From: Limisphaerales bacterium
GTDB taxonomy: Bacteria; Verrucomicrobiota; Verrucomicrobiia; Limisphaerales; Palsa-1400
NCBI GenBank assembly: GCA_052139695.1
Contig: JBKQWF010000309.1
Span: forward strand, 7,829 to 71,828
Length of the DNA: 64,000 bases
Direction: 5' to 3'
Shown here: positions 18,258 through 28,421 of the stretch, piece after piece
Numbering within the stretch: the first letter of the stretch is position 1
How the letters are laid out: the number at the start of each line of letters is the position of its first letter
The notes under the pieces: model-generated
Told to the model about the DNA's origin: nothing
The model's input: only the letters and a program-made list of their open reading frames with translations
Databases searched by the model: none
Made by a program: the position numbers and the translations under genes

Positions 18258-21200
18258 ATGAAATTCTCCCATTTTTTTATCGGCCGCCCGATTTTTGCCT
18301 CGGTCTTGTCGATTTTGATCGTAATCGCCGGGCTGCTGGCCCTGGTGAAATTGCCGGTGGCCGAGTATCCGCCGGTCGTTCCGCCGACGGTGGTGGTGAG
18401 CGCCGTTTATCCCGGGGCCAATCCGCAAGTCATCGCCGATACCGTGGCCACGCCGATCGAAGAGGAAGTCAACGGGGTGGAAGATATGCTTTACATGTCC
18501 GCGCAGTGCGCCAGCGATGGCAGCATGGCGCTGACCGTCACGTTCAAAATCGGCACGGACCTGGACAAGGCGCAGGTGCTGGTGCAAAACCGCGTCGCGG
18601 TGGCGGAAGCGCGCTTGCCGGAAGAAGTCCGCCGCCTTGGCGTGACCACCGCCAAACGCTCGCCGGATATCACGCTGGTGGTGAATCTGTATTCGCCGGA
18701 CGGGCGCTACGACCAGGTCTATGTGAGCAATTACGCCTTTTTGCAGATCAAAGACGCGCTGGCCCGTTTGCCCGGAGTGGGCAGCATTCTGATTTTCGGC
18801 GCGCGGGATTATTCCATGCGGATTTGGCTGGACCCGCAGAAGATCGCTTCGCGCAATCTCACGGCGGATGACGTCATCAACGCCATTCGCGAACAGAATG
18901 TGCAGGTGGCGGCGGGCCAAATCGGCCAGCCTCCCATCGGCCAGGGCGTCAATTTCCAATACATTGTCAATACTCAGGGCCGGCTGACCGATGAAAACCA
19001 ATTCGCGGACATCGTGATCAAGAACGGGCCGAACGGGCAGGTGACGCGGGTGCGGGACGTGGCGCGGGTGCAATTGGCGGCGCTGGATTACAGCATGAAC
19101 AGCAAGATCGACGGCAAACCGACGGCGGCGGTGGCCGTCTTCCAGTTGCCGGGCTCGAACTCGATTGAAACATCAGACGCGGTCCACGCGGTGATGAAAA
19201 AGCTCAAGGAACGGTTTCCGCCGGGGCTGGATTACAGAATTGCATTTGACACAACCGGCTTCACCCGGGAATCCATTCGCGCCGTTATTCACACATTGAT
19301 CGAGGCGATGCTGCTGGTGGTCTTGGTGGTGGTGATCTTCCTGCAAACCTGGCGGGCTTCGCTCATCCCCCTGCTGGCCGTGCCGGTTTCCCTTATCGGG
19401 ACCTTCGGCGCGATGGCCGCGATGGGCTTCTCCCTCAATAACCTCTCCCTTTTCGGCATCGTGCTGGCGATCGGCATCGTGGTGGACGACGCGATTGTCG
19501 TGGTGGAAAACGTCGAACGAAACATCGCGCTCGGCTTGAACCCGCGCGACGCCACGGCCCAGGCGATGACTGAGGTGAGCAGCGCGGTGGTGGCGGTGGC
19601 GCTGGTATTAAGCGCGGTCTTTGTGCCCACCGCGTTCATTGCCGGGATTTCGGGGCAGTTCTACCGGCAATTCGCCTTGACGATCGCGTTTTCGACGCTG
19701 ATTTCCGCGTTTAATTCGCTCACGTTAAGCCCGGCTTTGTGCGCCATTCTTCTGCAACAGCACGGGCACAGGAACGATCTCTTTAACCGCATCCTGGAGC
19801 ATACCTCCGGGGAGTTTTTCCGGCTTTTTAATACCGTTTTCGGGCGCTTTACGACGGCTTACAGTCACGGGGTGCGGCGGCTGATCGGGGTCAGCGGTCT
19901 CGTCTTGCTGGTCTATGTGGGTCTGATCGGGTTGACCTGGTTTAGCTTTCGCACGGTGCCGGCGGGATTTATCCCCGCGCAGGACAAGGGCTACATGGTC
20001 GTGGCGATACAATTGCCGGATTCTTCGTCGCTCGAGCGGACCGATGCGATTGTCGATCGCATCAGCCAAATTCTGACGAAAACTCCTGGCATCAAAGCGT
20101 CGATCGAGGTGGCCGGGATGTCGGTCATCAGCTTGAGCGCCAGCCCCAACTCCGGGACCATATTTGTCATTCTCGACGATTTCCAGGAACGCACCTCGAA
20201 AGGCCTGACCGGCGACGTGATCATCGCGGATGTGCGCCGGCGGCTGGTGGGGATTCAAGAGGGCTTTGTGGGCGTGTTCGCGCCGCCGCCGGTCAATGGC
20301 ATGGGCGTGGTGGGCGGGTTTAAAATGGAATTGCAGGACCGCGGCGGGATGGGATTGCAGGCCCTGCAAGGCGCGGCCATGCAGTTGATGGCCGAGGCCA
20401 ACAAGGGAGGACAGGTGCTGGTGTCTTATCCGACTTTTCGCGCCAGCACGCCGCAGCTATACCTGGACGTGGACCGAGCCAAGGCGAAATCCATCGGCGT
20501 GCCTTTGACCGACATATTTGACACGCTCCAAATTTACCTCGGCTCCCTCTATGTGAATGATTTGAATCTCTATGGCCGCACGTATCATGTCACGGCGCAG
20601 GCGGATGCGCCCTATCGCCGGCAGCCGGAAGACATTTTGAACTTTAAGGCGCGCAACAACCGGGGAGAAATGGTTCCTTTGGGCACCCTGGTGCAGGAGC
20701 GCAACATTACCGGCCCGGACCATATCGTCCGTTACGACATGTATCCGGCGGCGGAGATAACCGGCAACCCGGGTCCGGGTGTCAGTTCCGGCGACGCCAT
20801 CACCCACATGGAAAAGACCGTGCGCGAGAAACTGCCGGCCAGCATGGGGTTTGAATGGACGGAACTGACCTTGCAGGAAATCCTGGAGGGGAACACTTCA
20901 TTTTACATTTTTCCGCTGTGCGTGCTCTTTGTCTTCCTGACGCTCGCGGCACTTTACGAAAGCTGGTCGCTGCCCCTGGCGATCATCCTGATCGTGCCGA
21001 TGTGCCTGCTCTTTGCCATCCTGGGCGTCTGGGCGCGCGGCATGGACAATAATATTTTCACGCAGATCGGATTTGTCGTGCTGGTCGGCCTCGCCTGCAA
21101 GAACGCCATTCTCATCGTCGAATTCGCCAAACAAAAACAAGACGCCGGCCTGGTCCGCGCCGAAGCCGCCGTCGAAGCCAGCCGGCTGCGGCTGCGTCCG

Positions 21201-21395
21201 ATCTTGATGACCTCCTTCGCCTTTATTTTTGGCGTGGTGCCGCTGGTGCTGGCCAAAGGGGCCGGCGGCGAAATGCGGCGCGCCTTGGGCACGGCGGTGT
21301 TCAGCGGCATGTTGGGAGTGACGTTTTTTGGCATTTTCCTGACGCCTGTGTTTTACGTCGTTATCCGCCGTCTCACGGAGCGAAAGCGAGCATGA
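18258..21395 (+). CDS. RND efflux permease (HAE1, AcrB/MexB-like)
   Basis: 1045 aa. Starts MKFSHFFIGRPIFASVLSILIVIAG, with the typical 12-TM/two-loop layout. Confidence 0.95.
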   Translation: MKFSHFFIGRPIFASVLSILIVIAGLLALVKLPVAEYPPVVPPTVVVSAVYPGANPQVIADTVATPIEEEVNGVEDMLYMSAQCASDGSMALTVTFKIGTDLDKAQVLVQNRVAVAEARLPEEVRRLGVTTAKRSPDITLVVNLYSPDGRYDQVYVSNYAFLQIKDALARLPGVGSILIFGARDYSMRIWLDPQKIASRNLTADDVINAIREQNVQVAAGQIGQPPIGQGVNFQYIVNTQGRLTDENQFADIVIKNGPNGQVTRVRDVARVQLAALDYSMNSKIDGKPTAAVAVFQLPGSNSIETSDAVHAVMKKLKERFPPGLDYRIAFDTTGFTRESIRAVIHTLIEAMLLVVLVVVIFLQTWRASLIPLLAVPVSLIGTFGAMAAMGFSLNNLSLFGIVLAIGIVVDDAIVVVENVERNIALGLNPRDATAQAMTEVSSAVVAVALVLSAVFVPTAFIAGISGQFYRQFALTIAFSTLISAFNSLTLSPALCAILLQQHGHRNDLFNRILEHTSGEFFRLFNTVFGRFTTAYSHGVRRLIGVSGLVLLVYVGLIGLTWFSFRTVPAGFIPAQDKGYMVVAIQLPDSSSLERTDAIVDRISQILTKTPGIKASIEVAGMSVISLSASPNSGTIFVILDDFQERTSKGLTGDVIIADVRRRLVGIQEGFVGVFAPPPVNGMGVVGGFKMELQDRGGMGLQALQGAAMQLMAEANKGGQVLVSYPTFRASTPQLYLDVDRAKAKSIGVPLTDIFDTLQIYLGSLYVNDLNLYGRTYHVTAQADAPYRRQPEDILNFKARNNRGEMVPLGTLVQERNITGPDHIVRYDMYPAAEITGNPGPGVSSGDAITHMEKTVREKLPASMGFEWTELTLQEILEGNTSFYIFPLCVLFVFLTLAALYESWSLPLAIILIVPMCLLFAILGVWARGMDNNIFTQIGFVVLVGLACKNAILIVEFAKQKQDAGLVRAEAAVEASRLRLRPILMTSFAFIFGVVPLVLAKGAGGEMRRALGTAVFSGMLGVTFFGIFLTPVFYVVIRRLTERKRA

Positions 21396-22837
21396 AAAAG
21401 ACGTTCTTCCTCATTGGTCCCTTCATCGCGTGGTTGGCGGGCGGCTGCTCCGTTGGGCCGAATTATCATCCGCCGCGGGTTTCCGCTCCGACGAACTTTA
21501 CCTGGGGCGGCGAGGCTGGGCTAAACACGAACGCGCCCGTCGATCTTTGGTGGCACGGCTTCGGCGACGGCGAATTGGTCCAACTGGTGGACCGGGCGCT
21601 GGCCAGCAATTGGGACCTCCACATCGCCACGGCCAATCTTTTGCAAGCCCGCGCTTTGCGGCTGGGAGCGAAGGCGGACTTTCTCCCCGCGGTCGATGGC
21701 CAGGCCAGCTACGCCAACGTCAAGTATAGCGAAGCCCAGCTTTTTAACACTCCCGGCGCTCCGCGCACCCAGGAGCTTTATGATATTGGTTTTGACGCGG
21801 TTTGGGAGTTGGATATTTTCGGGCGGCTGCGCCGCGCTTATCAGGCCAGCACGGCCTCCATGCAAGCAGCCTCGGCTTCATTGCGTGATGTCCAAATCAG
21901 CCTGGTGAGCGAGGTGGCCCGCAATTATTTCCTCTTGCGCGGCACGCAAAACGAGGTGGCTGTGCTGCATCGCAATGCCGATAACCAGGAGCAAACCCTT
22001 AAGATCACCCAAGCCCGACTGGAAGCTGGCGGCGGGACGGAATTGGACGTGGCTCGCGCTCGCGCGCAGTTGAACAGCACGCTTGCCGCCATCCCGCCCC
22101 TGGAAGCGGCGGTGGCGCATGCCATCCACCGTTTGGGAGTTTTAATTGGACAGAACCCGGAAGCGTTGACGGCGGAGCTGGGCTCTCCGCGGCCGTTGCC
22201 GGGACTGCCGCCGATGGTCGCTATCGGCAACCCCGCGGAATTGCTGCGGCGCCGCCCTGATATTCGCGCCGCGGAAAGAAATTTGGCCGGCGCCACGGCC
22301 AGCATTGGCGTAGCAGTGGCTGACCTTTTCCCGCGCGTTGTCTTCAACGGCACCATTGGCTTGAGCGCGGAATCCTTTGCCGGCCTCTCCAAACCGGGTT
22401 CCGACACGCGGACTTTCGGTCCTTCCATTACCTGGGCGGCGTTGGATTACGGTCATGTGCGGTCGCGGATCAAGGCCGCGGGAGCGGTGGCGGATGCCGC
22501 GTTAGCGCGTTACCAGGAAACCGTGTTGACTAGTTTGGAGGAAACGGAAAACGCGCTGGTCGATTTCGGCCGGGCGCGGGCGCGTTGGGTCTATTTGACG
22601 GAATCCGTCAAGGCGAGCCAGGAGGCGGCCGACCTCGCCCACAACCGTTACGACAACGGCGCGACGGATTTCCTGACCGTGCTCGATGCCGAACGGGTCC
22701 TGCTGGACTCGCAGGACCAGCTTGCCCAAACCGAAACGCAAACAGCCACCGCACTGGTGGCCGTGTACAAAGTCTTGGGCGGCGACTGGGACAATTACGG
22801 TGGCGCGGCCGATTCGTCCCATTCCAGCCGAAGGTAG
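21392..22837 (+). CDS. RND efflux outer-membrane factor lipoprotein (NodT/OprM family)
   Basis: Lipobox LAGGCSVGPNYHPP, ATGA overlap with the permease stop, and the two-repeat OMF pattern. Confidence 0.9.
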   Translation: MKKTFFLIGPFIAWLAGGCSVGPNYHPPRVSAPTNFTWGGEAGLNTNAPVDLWWHGFGDGELVQLVDRALASNWDLHIATANLLQARALRLGAKADFLPAVDGQASYANVKYSEAQLFNTPGAPRTQELYDIGFDAVWELDIFGRLRRAYQASTASMQAASASLRDVQISLVSEVARNYFLLRGTQNEVAVLHRNADNQEQTLKITQARLEAGGGTELDVARARAQLNSTLAAIPPLEAAVAHAIHRLGVLIGQNPEALTAELGSPRPLPGLPPMVAIGNPAELLRRRPDIRAAERNLAGATASIGVAVADLFPRVVFNGTIGLSAESFAGLSKPGSDTRTFGPSITWAALDYGHVRSRIKAAGAVADAALARYQETVLTSLEETENALVDFGRARARWVYLTESVKASQEAADLAHNRYDNGATDFLTVLDAERVLLDSQDQLAQTETQTATALVAVYKVLGGDWDNYGGAADSSHSSRR

Positions 22838-23070
22838 TCGCAAATCACACTGCTCGTGAGGCTGCCGGCGGGATTCGCCAGGGTCATCTTTGTCCGTGGT
22901 GCCGGGATTGCGTCACTTCCATTCGGCGCGAGGTAGAAAGGTAGTCCAGCCGCCAAACCATCCACCGCGCAGAACCAACCAACGGCAAAGAAAGTGGAAA
23001 AAAAGTTCCGATGATTGATTATGAGTTTACATTTTATCGTCTATCAAGGACGTTTGGGAAAGTCACTTTA

Positions 23071-26000
23071 ATGAAATTCAAGCTCTTGGCCCTTGTGTGC
23101 TCATTGCTGGGCGGGATGGTCGTCCACGCCCAGCCATCGATCGTCCCGGACCTTAAACCCGGCGACCATGTCGCCTTCATCGGCAACGGTCTGGCCGACC
23201 GTTTCCAGCATTCCGGCTGGCTCGAAACTTATCTCTACGATAAGTATCCGGACTGCGATTTGGTTTTTCGCAACCTGGCTGTTCCCGCCGATGAAGTGGC
23301 TTTGCGCCATCGGCCCGAAGGTTTTGGCTCGCCCGACGATTGGCTGACCAAGGTGCAGGCGGACGTCATCTTTGCTTTCTTCGGTTTTAACGAATCCTTC
23401 CGCGGAAAAGACGGCCTGGACAAGTTCAAGACGGACCTGGACTCTTTTTTGAAAACCACTCTGGAGAAAAACTATTCCGGCAAAGGCCATCCCCGCATCG
23501 TCCTTTTTTCGCCGATTGCCAATGAACGCCAGCAGGACCCAAATATTCCCGATCCAGCGGCGAACAATGCCAACTTGTTGGAATACACCACGGCCATGGC
23601 CCAGGTGGCCCGCGGTAATAACGTGCCTTTTGTCGATTTATTCGCGCCCTCACAACAGATGTTCGCCGACGCCGCCCAACATGGGCAGTCCCTGACCATC
23701 AACGGGCTGCATTTGACAGAAGATGGTGACAAACTGCTGGCGCGCGCCGCCCTGCAAGCGTTTCCTCAGGGCCGGCTTGTGGCGGCGGCCCCGGAAGTGA
23801 AGGGCCTGGACGACGAAAGGCTCAGGGCGGTTGTTAATGAGAAGAATGCCCAGTGGGAGGACCGTTACCGGACCATCGACGGGAACAACGTCTATGGTGG
23901 GCGGTCATCCCTGGCTTACGCTCCCAAGCAGAGCTACGTTTCCGATCGCAACGCACCCGCGCCCTTCATTTCCAACTATAAAGTCATGCAGGAGGAAATG
24001 GCGCAACGCGATGTTTTGACCGCCAACCGCGACAAGCGCATCTGGGCCTTGTTGCGTGGGCGCGACCTGCCGGTGGATGACTCCAATTTGCCGCCGGTCT
24101 TGTCTGTGCCGACGGACATGCCGGGCCCGAACCCGGATGGCTCCTACGTCTATCTCAAGGGGGAGGAAGCCATTGCCAAGATGACCGTCCACTCGCACAT
24201 GAAGGTCAATCTCTTTGCGAGCGAGGAGCAATTTCCCGAACTGGTCAGCCCGGTGCAGATGGCTTGGGACACTAAAGGGCGGCTGTGGGTGGCGGCTTGG
24301 AAAAACTATCCCGAACGCACGCCCACGAGCAAAACCGGCGACAGCCTGCTCATTCTTGAAGACACGAACGGCGACGGCAAAGCGGACAAAGTGACGCGAT
24401 TTCTCGGTGATTTAAACGCGCCGACCGGTTTTCAATTTTACAAGGATGGCGTTCTGGTGATGGAGGCGCCGGACCTGTGGTACGTGCCAGAGATTCAGGG
24501 CGCGGCGGGGCCGATTGAACGGATTCTCATGGGGATAGACTCGGCGGATTCGCATCACACGGCCAACGCCCTGAGTTATGACCCGGGCGGCGCCATATAT
24601 CTTAGCGACGGCGTCTTCCACCGGACGCATGTCGAAACCGCCATCGGGCCGGTGCGAAACAACGATGCCGCCATTTACCGTTTTGAGCCGCGCACCGGCA
24701 AATTTGAGACCTACATTTCCTATGACTTCGCCAATCCTCATGGGCGCGTTTTCGACTATTGGGGAAATGATCTCGTGACGGATGCCACGGGCAACAACAC
24801 TTACTTCGGTCCGGCTTTCAGCGGGCACATTGATTACCCCGCCAAACACCCTGGGATGGAGCAATTCTGGGACCGTCCGTCCCGTCCTTGCGCGGGCACG
24901 GGACTGATCAGCAGCCGCCAATTTCCGGAAGAATTTCAGGGTGATTTTCTGGACTGCAACGTCATCGGCTTTCAGGGCATTTATCTGGTCAAGGTCGTCC
25001 CGGACGGGTCCGGCGTGAAGGGCGAGTTGCAGGAAAGCCTGGTCAGTTCCTCCGATCCGAATTTCCGCCCCGTCGCGGTCAATATCGGGCCGGACGGCGC
25101 GATTTACTTTTGCGACTGGCACAAGCCGCTTATCGGGCACATGCAACATCATTTGCGCGACCCCAATCGTGAACAAGACCATGGCCGCATTTACCGCGTG
25201 ACCTATGAAGGGCGCCCTTTATTGACCCAGCCGAAAATCGATGGCCAGCCCATCCGGGCGCTGCTGCAGTTGCTCAAGGAACCGGAAAATCGAACCCGCG
25301 AATTGGCCAAAATTGAATTGGCGAAGCGCGACACCTCCAGCGTCCTTCATGCGGTTGACGAATGGACAAAAACACTCGATCCCAAGGACCCCGTTTACGA
25401 ACACAACCTCATGGAAGCCCTCTGGGTTTATCAGTGGCAAAATGTCGTCAATAAGGACCTTCTCCTGCGCATGCTTCATTCTCCGCAACCGGAGGCCCGC
25501 GCCGCGGCGGGACGCGTGCTTTGTTACTGGCGGGATCGCGTCCCGGACGCCATTGGTCTCTTTAAAATGCTGGCGGATGATTCCAATCCGCGCGTCCGCC
25601 TGGAGGGTGTGCGCGGCGCGAGCTTTTTCCGCACTGCCGACGCGGCCGACGCGGCGCTGACAGCGCTGAAACATCCGATGGATTATTACCTGCAATACAC
25701 GCTGGGAGAAACTCTGCGCCAACTGAAACCTTGGGTGCTCAAAGCCCTGGCCGATCACGAACCCATCGCGGTGGACAATCCGCCGGGACTGACTTACCTG
25801 GTGCGGACCCTGGACACAGCGGAAGTGCTGAAATTGCCTGACTCGGTTCCCACGCTGAAGGCTCTCGTCGAGCGCAAAGACGCCACCGATACCGACCGCC
25901 TCAACGCCTTGGGCAAACTGGCCAAGAAGACCAAATCCAGCCGTGTGGAGCAATTGTTCGCCGTTTTCGGACCGCAACTGGACACGGACTCAGCCGCGCA

Positions 26001-27120
26001 GGCGAGTTTCGCCCATTTGCTGTCGTGGCAGGGGCGTGAGCAGTTGAAGGGGGAGCGCGGCCGCCTAGCCAAGCTGGCGTTGACCGCCCAGGCCCCGGAA
26101 GTGCGCCAAGCCGCCTGGGCCGCGCTGGCGGTTATAGATAATTCATTTGACTCCATTTGGAAGGAATCTCTGCAATCGCCCGCAACTTTCGCCGACATGC
26201 TCAACGGCATTCCCTTCCTTAACGATTCGGACCTGCGCGCCAAACCCTATGAGCGTGTGCGTCCTCTTTTAAAAAACCCTCTGCCGACGCCACCACCAGC
26301 GAGCTGGTCACTGTCCGAAGACAAGGAACGCGAAATCCGCCGAGCGGCTATTCGCGCCCTGGCCACGATGAACCGCAACCCGGAAGCTGTTTTCACCGCG
26401 CTGGCCGCGGTCATCGCGCGTGGCGACGAGGTCCCGGCCGCCGCCCAGGCGTTGCGCGTGCTCTCACCGTCGGTCTGGCCGCTGGCCGGCGATGCCGCCG
26501 CCAAAGCATCCTTGGGATTAGTGGCCTGGGCCAAAACGGTTCCGGTCGGCGACCGGACCACTGAGGACTATATTGCGACCGTGCAACTCGCCGCCGACCT
26601 TGCCGCGTCGCTGTCGAGCCCGCCTTCCGCCAGCTTTCAAGAGGATCTGCGCGGCGTACGAGTGCCGATCTTTGTCATCAGAACAGTCCGGGAGCAAATG
26701 CGCTACGACACGTCCCGCCTGGTAGTGGCGGCGGGCCAGCCGTTTGAAATCAGGTTCGAGAACGTCGATTTTATGCCGCACAATCTGGTCATCGTGAAGC
26801 CTGGCACGCGCGAAAGGATCGGCCTGGCCTCAGGAAAAATGAAGCCGGATGATCTGGACGGCGAGGGCCGGGCTTTTATTCCTGAGAGCCCTGATATTCT
26901 TGCTGCCACAAAACTGATTGAACCACGGCAGAAAACGGCGCTGAAGCTCACGGCCCCAACGGAGGAGGGAGACTATGAGTATTTTTGCAGTTATCCCGGC
27001 CACTATCTCATTATGTGGGGGCGGCTCGTCGTGACCAAGGATGTGGACGACTACCTCCATGCTCATCCCCAACCCGGCTTGCCCCTGTCCGCGTCTAAAT
27101 CCAGCAATAAGTATGAGTAG
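23071..27120 (+). CDS. Giant secreted fusion: SGNH/GDSL-like hydrolase + beta-propeller dehydrogenase-like domain + HEAT repeats + C-terminal azurin-like cupredoxin
   Basis: Signal peptide MKFKLLALVCSLLGG. SGNH block I-like HVAFIGNGLADRF, DTKGRLWVAAW...LEDTNGDGKADK, HEAT-like helical repeats, and cupredoxin ligands FMPHN ... CSYPGHYLIM (azurin pattern C-x4-H-x3-M). Confidence 0.7.
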   Translation: MKFKLLALVCSLLGGMVVHAQPSIVPDLKPGDHVAFIGNGLADRFQHSGWLETYLYDKYPDCDLVFRNLAVPADEVALRHRPEGFGSPDDWLTKVQADVIFAFFGFNESFRGKDGLDKFKTDLDSFLKTTLEKNYSGKGHPRIVLFSPIANERQQDPNIPDPAANNANLLEYTTAMAQVARGNNVPFVDLFAPSQQMFADAAQHGQSLTINGLHLTEDGDKLLARAALQAFPQGRLVAAAPEVKGLDDERLRAVVNEKNAQWEDRYRTIDGNNVYGGRSSLAYAPKQSYVSDRNAPAPFISNYKVMQEEMAQRDVLTANRDKRIWALLRGRDLPVDDSNLPPVLSVPTDMPGPNPDGSYVYLKGEEAIAKMTVHSHMKVNLFASEEQFPELVSPVQMAWDTKGRLWVAAWKNYPERTPTSKTGDSLLILEDTNGDGKADKVTRFLGDLNAPTGFQFYKDGVLVMEAPDLWYVPEIQGAAGPIERILMGIDSADSHHTANALSYDPGGAIYLSDGVFHRTHVETAIGPVRNNDAAIYRFEPRTGKFETYISYDFANPHGRVFDYWGNDLVTDATGNNTYFGPAFSGHIDYPAKHPGMEQFWDRPSRPCAGTGLISSRQFPEEFQGDFLDCNVIGFQGIYLVKVVPDGSGVKGELQESLVSSSDPNFRPVAVNIGPDGAIYFCDWHKPLIGHMQHHLRDPNREQDHGRIYRVTYEGRPLLTQPKIDGQPIRALLQLLKEPENRTRELAKIELAKRDTSSVLHAVDEWTKTLDPKDPVYEHNLMEALWVYQWQNVVNKDLLLRMLHSPQPEARAAAGRVLCYWRDRVPDAIGLFKMLADDSNPRVRLEGVRGASFFRTADAADAALTALKHPMDYYLQYTLGETLRQLKPWVLKALADHEPIAVDNPPGLTYLVRTLDTAEVLKLPDSVPTLKALVERKDATDTDRLNALGKLAKKTKSSRVEQLFAVFGPQLDTDSAAQASFAHLLSWQGREQLKGERGRLAKLALTAQAPEVRQAAWAALAVIDNSFDSIWKESLQSPATFADMLNGIPFLNDSDLRAKPYERVRPLLKNPLPTPPPASWSLSEDKEREIRRAAIRALATMNRNPEAVFTALAAVIARGDEVPAAAQALRVLSPSVWPLAGDAAAKASLGLVAWAKTVPVGDRTTEDYIATVQLAADLAASLSSPPSASFQEDLRGVRVPIFVIRTVREQMRYDTSRLVVAAGQPFEIRFENVDFMPHNLVIVKPGTRERIGLASGKMKPDDLDGEGRAFIPESPDILAATKLIEPRQKTALKLTAPTEEGDYEYFCSYPGHYLIMWGRLVVTKDVDDYLHAHPQPGLPLSASKSSNKYE

Positions 27121-27133
27121 CCATGCGCGCAAT

Positions 27134-27209
27134 GGTAGGGACGCCGCGCCGAGGCGTCCAAGGCTGCCGTGTAAACTACCCCCGGACGCCTCGGCGAGGC
27201 GTCCCTACC
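27134..27209. repeat. 76-bp near-palindrome of two GGTAGGGACGCC...GGCGTCCCTACC hairpins
   Basis: ggtagggacgccgcgccgaggcgtcc ... ggacgcctcggcgaggcgtccctacc, 14 nt after the stop at 27120. Member of the CCCTACC hairpin family. Confidence 0.85.
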
Positions 27210-27342
27210 TGAATAATTACCTCAACTCTTTGCCAACGAATTCACTATGAATAATTCGCTGCGATTCGGCAGGGCGGAGCTGCCGCTCCGCCCAAATATT
27301 CCCCTCACCGGCAGACTTCGTGCGCCTTGCTGTAAACATAGA

Positions 27343-28416
27343 ATGGGCGGAGCGGCAGCACCGCCCTACCAATTTTCGTCGATCGCGGGCCTTGCGGTCA
27401 TTCTCGCTCTCCTGCCCTCCATGGCGCGCTCGGCGGATGTGGCCAGCAATGCTCCGCCTCCGCTGCGCGAGCAAGCCAGGCGCAGGGCGCCGAACTCAAA
27501 CGATGTTTTTTACGCGCTCGGCCCCGATTCCAAACCGATGGACGGCGTGCCGAAAGGGAAGTTTGTCGGACCAAAAATCATTCCGAGCAATGTCTTTCCC
27601 GGCACACAGCATACCTACTGGGTTTACGTGCCGGCGCAATACGACCCGGCGCAACCGACCGCGATCATGGTCTTCAATGACGGCCAGGCGATGATGGCCG
27701 AGCCAGGCGACGTGCAGGCGCAAAATGTCTTGGACAACCTGATCTTCCGGAGCGAGATACCGGTCATGCTGGGAGTCTTTATCAATCCGGGCCGCCGGCC
27801 AGATCAACCCGAACCGACCCCGCGCGACTGGGGTGATCGAAATTCCAACCGGCCGGAAGAATATAATCCCCCGACCGACAAATATGCCCGCGTCATCGTG
27901 GAGGAATTGATGCCCGCCTTGAAGAAGGATTACAACATTTCTCCCGATGCGGAACTGCACGGCATTATGGGGGCGAGTTCCGGGGGTTGCGCCGCGTTTT
28001 CGGTAGCGTGGTTTCGGCCCAATGATTTCCGCAAAGTCATTACGTTCGTCGGCAGCTTTACCGATCTGCGCGGCGAATACATTTATCCCGAACTCGTGGC
28101 GCAGAGCGAAAAGAAACCCATCCGCATTTTCATGCAGGACGGGCGGAACGACAACCGCCGTCCGCCGGAGGAACACAACAAAGATTGGTTTTATCAAAAC
28201 GTGCGTCTGATGAAAGCGTTGACTGAAAAAGGCTATGATCTCAACTATACTTGGGGCATCGGCAACCACGGACAAAAACAGGGCGGTGCCATTTTCCCCG
28301 GTATGATGCGCTGGCTCTGGCGCGACCAACCGGTTTCCACCGACTCCACGGATCAGGTCGAGCGCTCTTTTCGCGGCCCGGCGGCACGTCCCGCCGAAGA
28401 ACCGCCCAACAAATAA
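27343..28416 (+). CDS. Secreted esterase family protein (enterochelin-esterase-like alpha/beta hydrolase)
   Basis: [24 protein letters not shown] and nucleophile region [13 protein letters not shown]. The start is uncertain because the 5' region overlaps hairpin repeats. Confidence 0.6.
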   Translation: MGGAAAPPYQFSSIAGLAVILALLPSMARSADVASNAPPPLREQARRRAPNSNDVFYALGPDSKPMDGVPKGKFVGPKIIPSNVFPGTQHTYWVYVPAQYDPAQPTAIMVFNDGQAMMAEPGDVQAQNVLDNLIFRSEIPVMLGVFINPGRRPDQPEPTPRDWGDRNSNRPEEYNPPTDKYARVIVEELMPALKKDYNISPDAELHGIMGASSGGCAAFSVAWFRPNDFRKVITFVGSFTDLRGEYIYPELVAQSEKKPIRIFMQDGRNDNRRPPEEHNKDWFYQNVRLMKALTEKGYDLNYTWGIGNHGQKQGGAIFPGMMRWLWRDQPVSTDSTDQVERSFRGPAARPAEEPPNK

Positions 28417-28421
28417 ACCTC

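Noticed and set aside
17202-19073. 623-aa minus-strand ORF
   Set aside because: It lies antisense to the RND adaptor and permease genes. It is Arg/His/Gly/Asp-rich with no recognisable motifs, so it is a high-GC shadow ORF.
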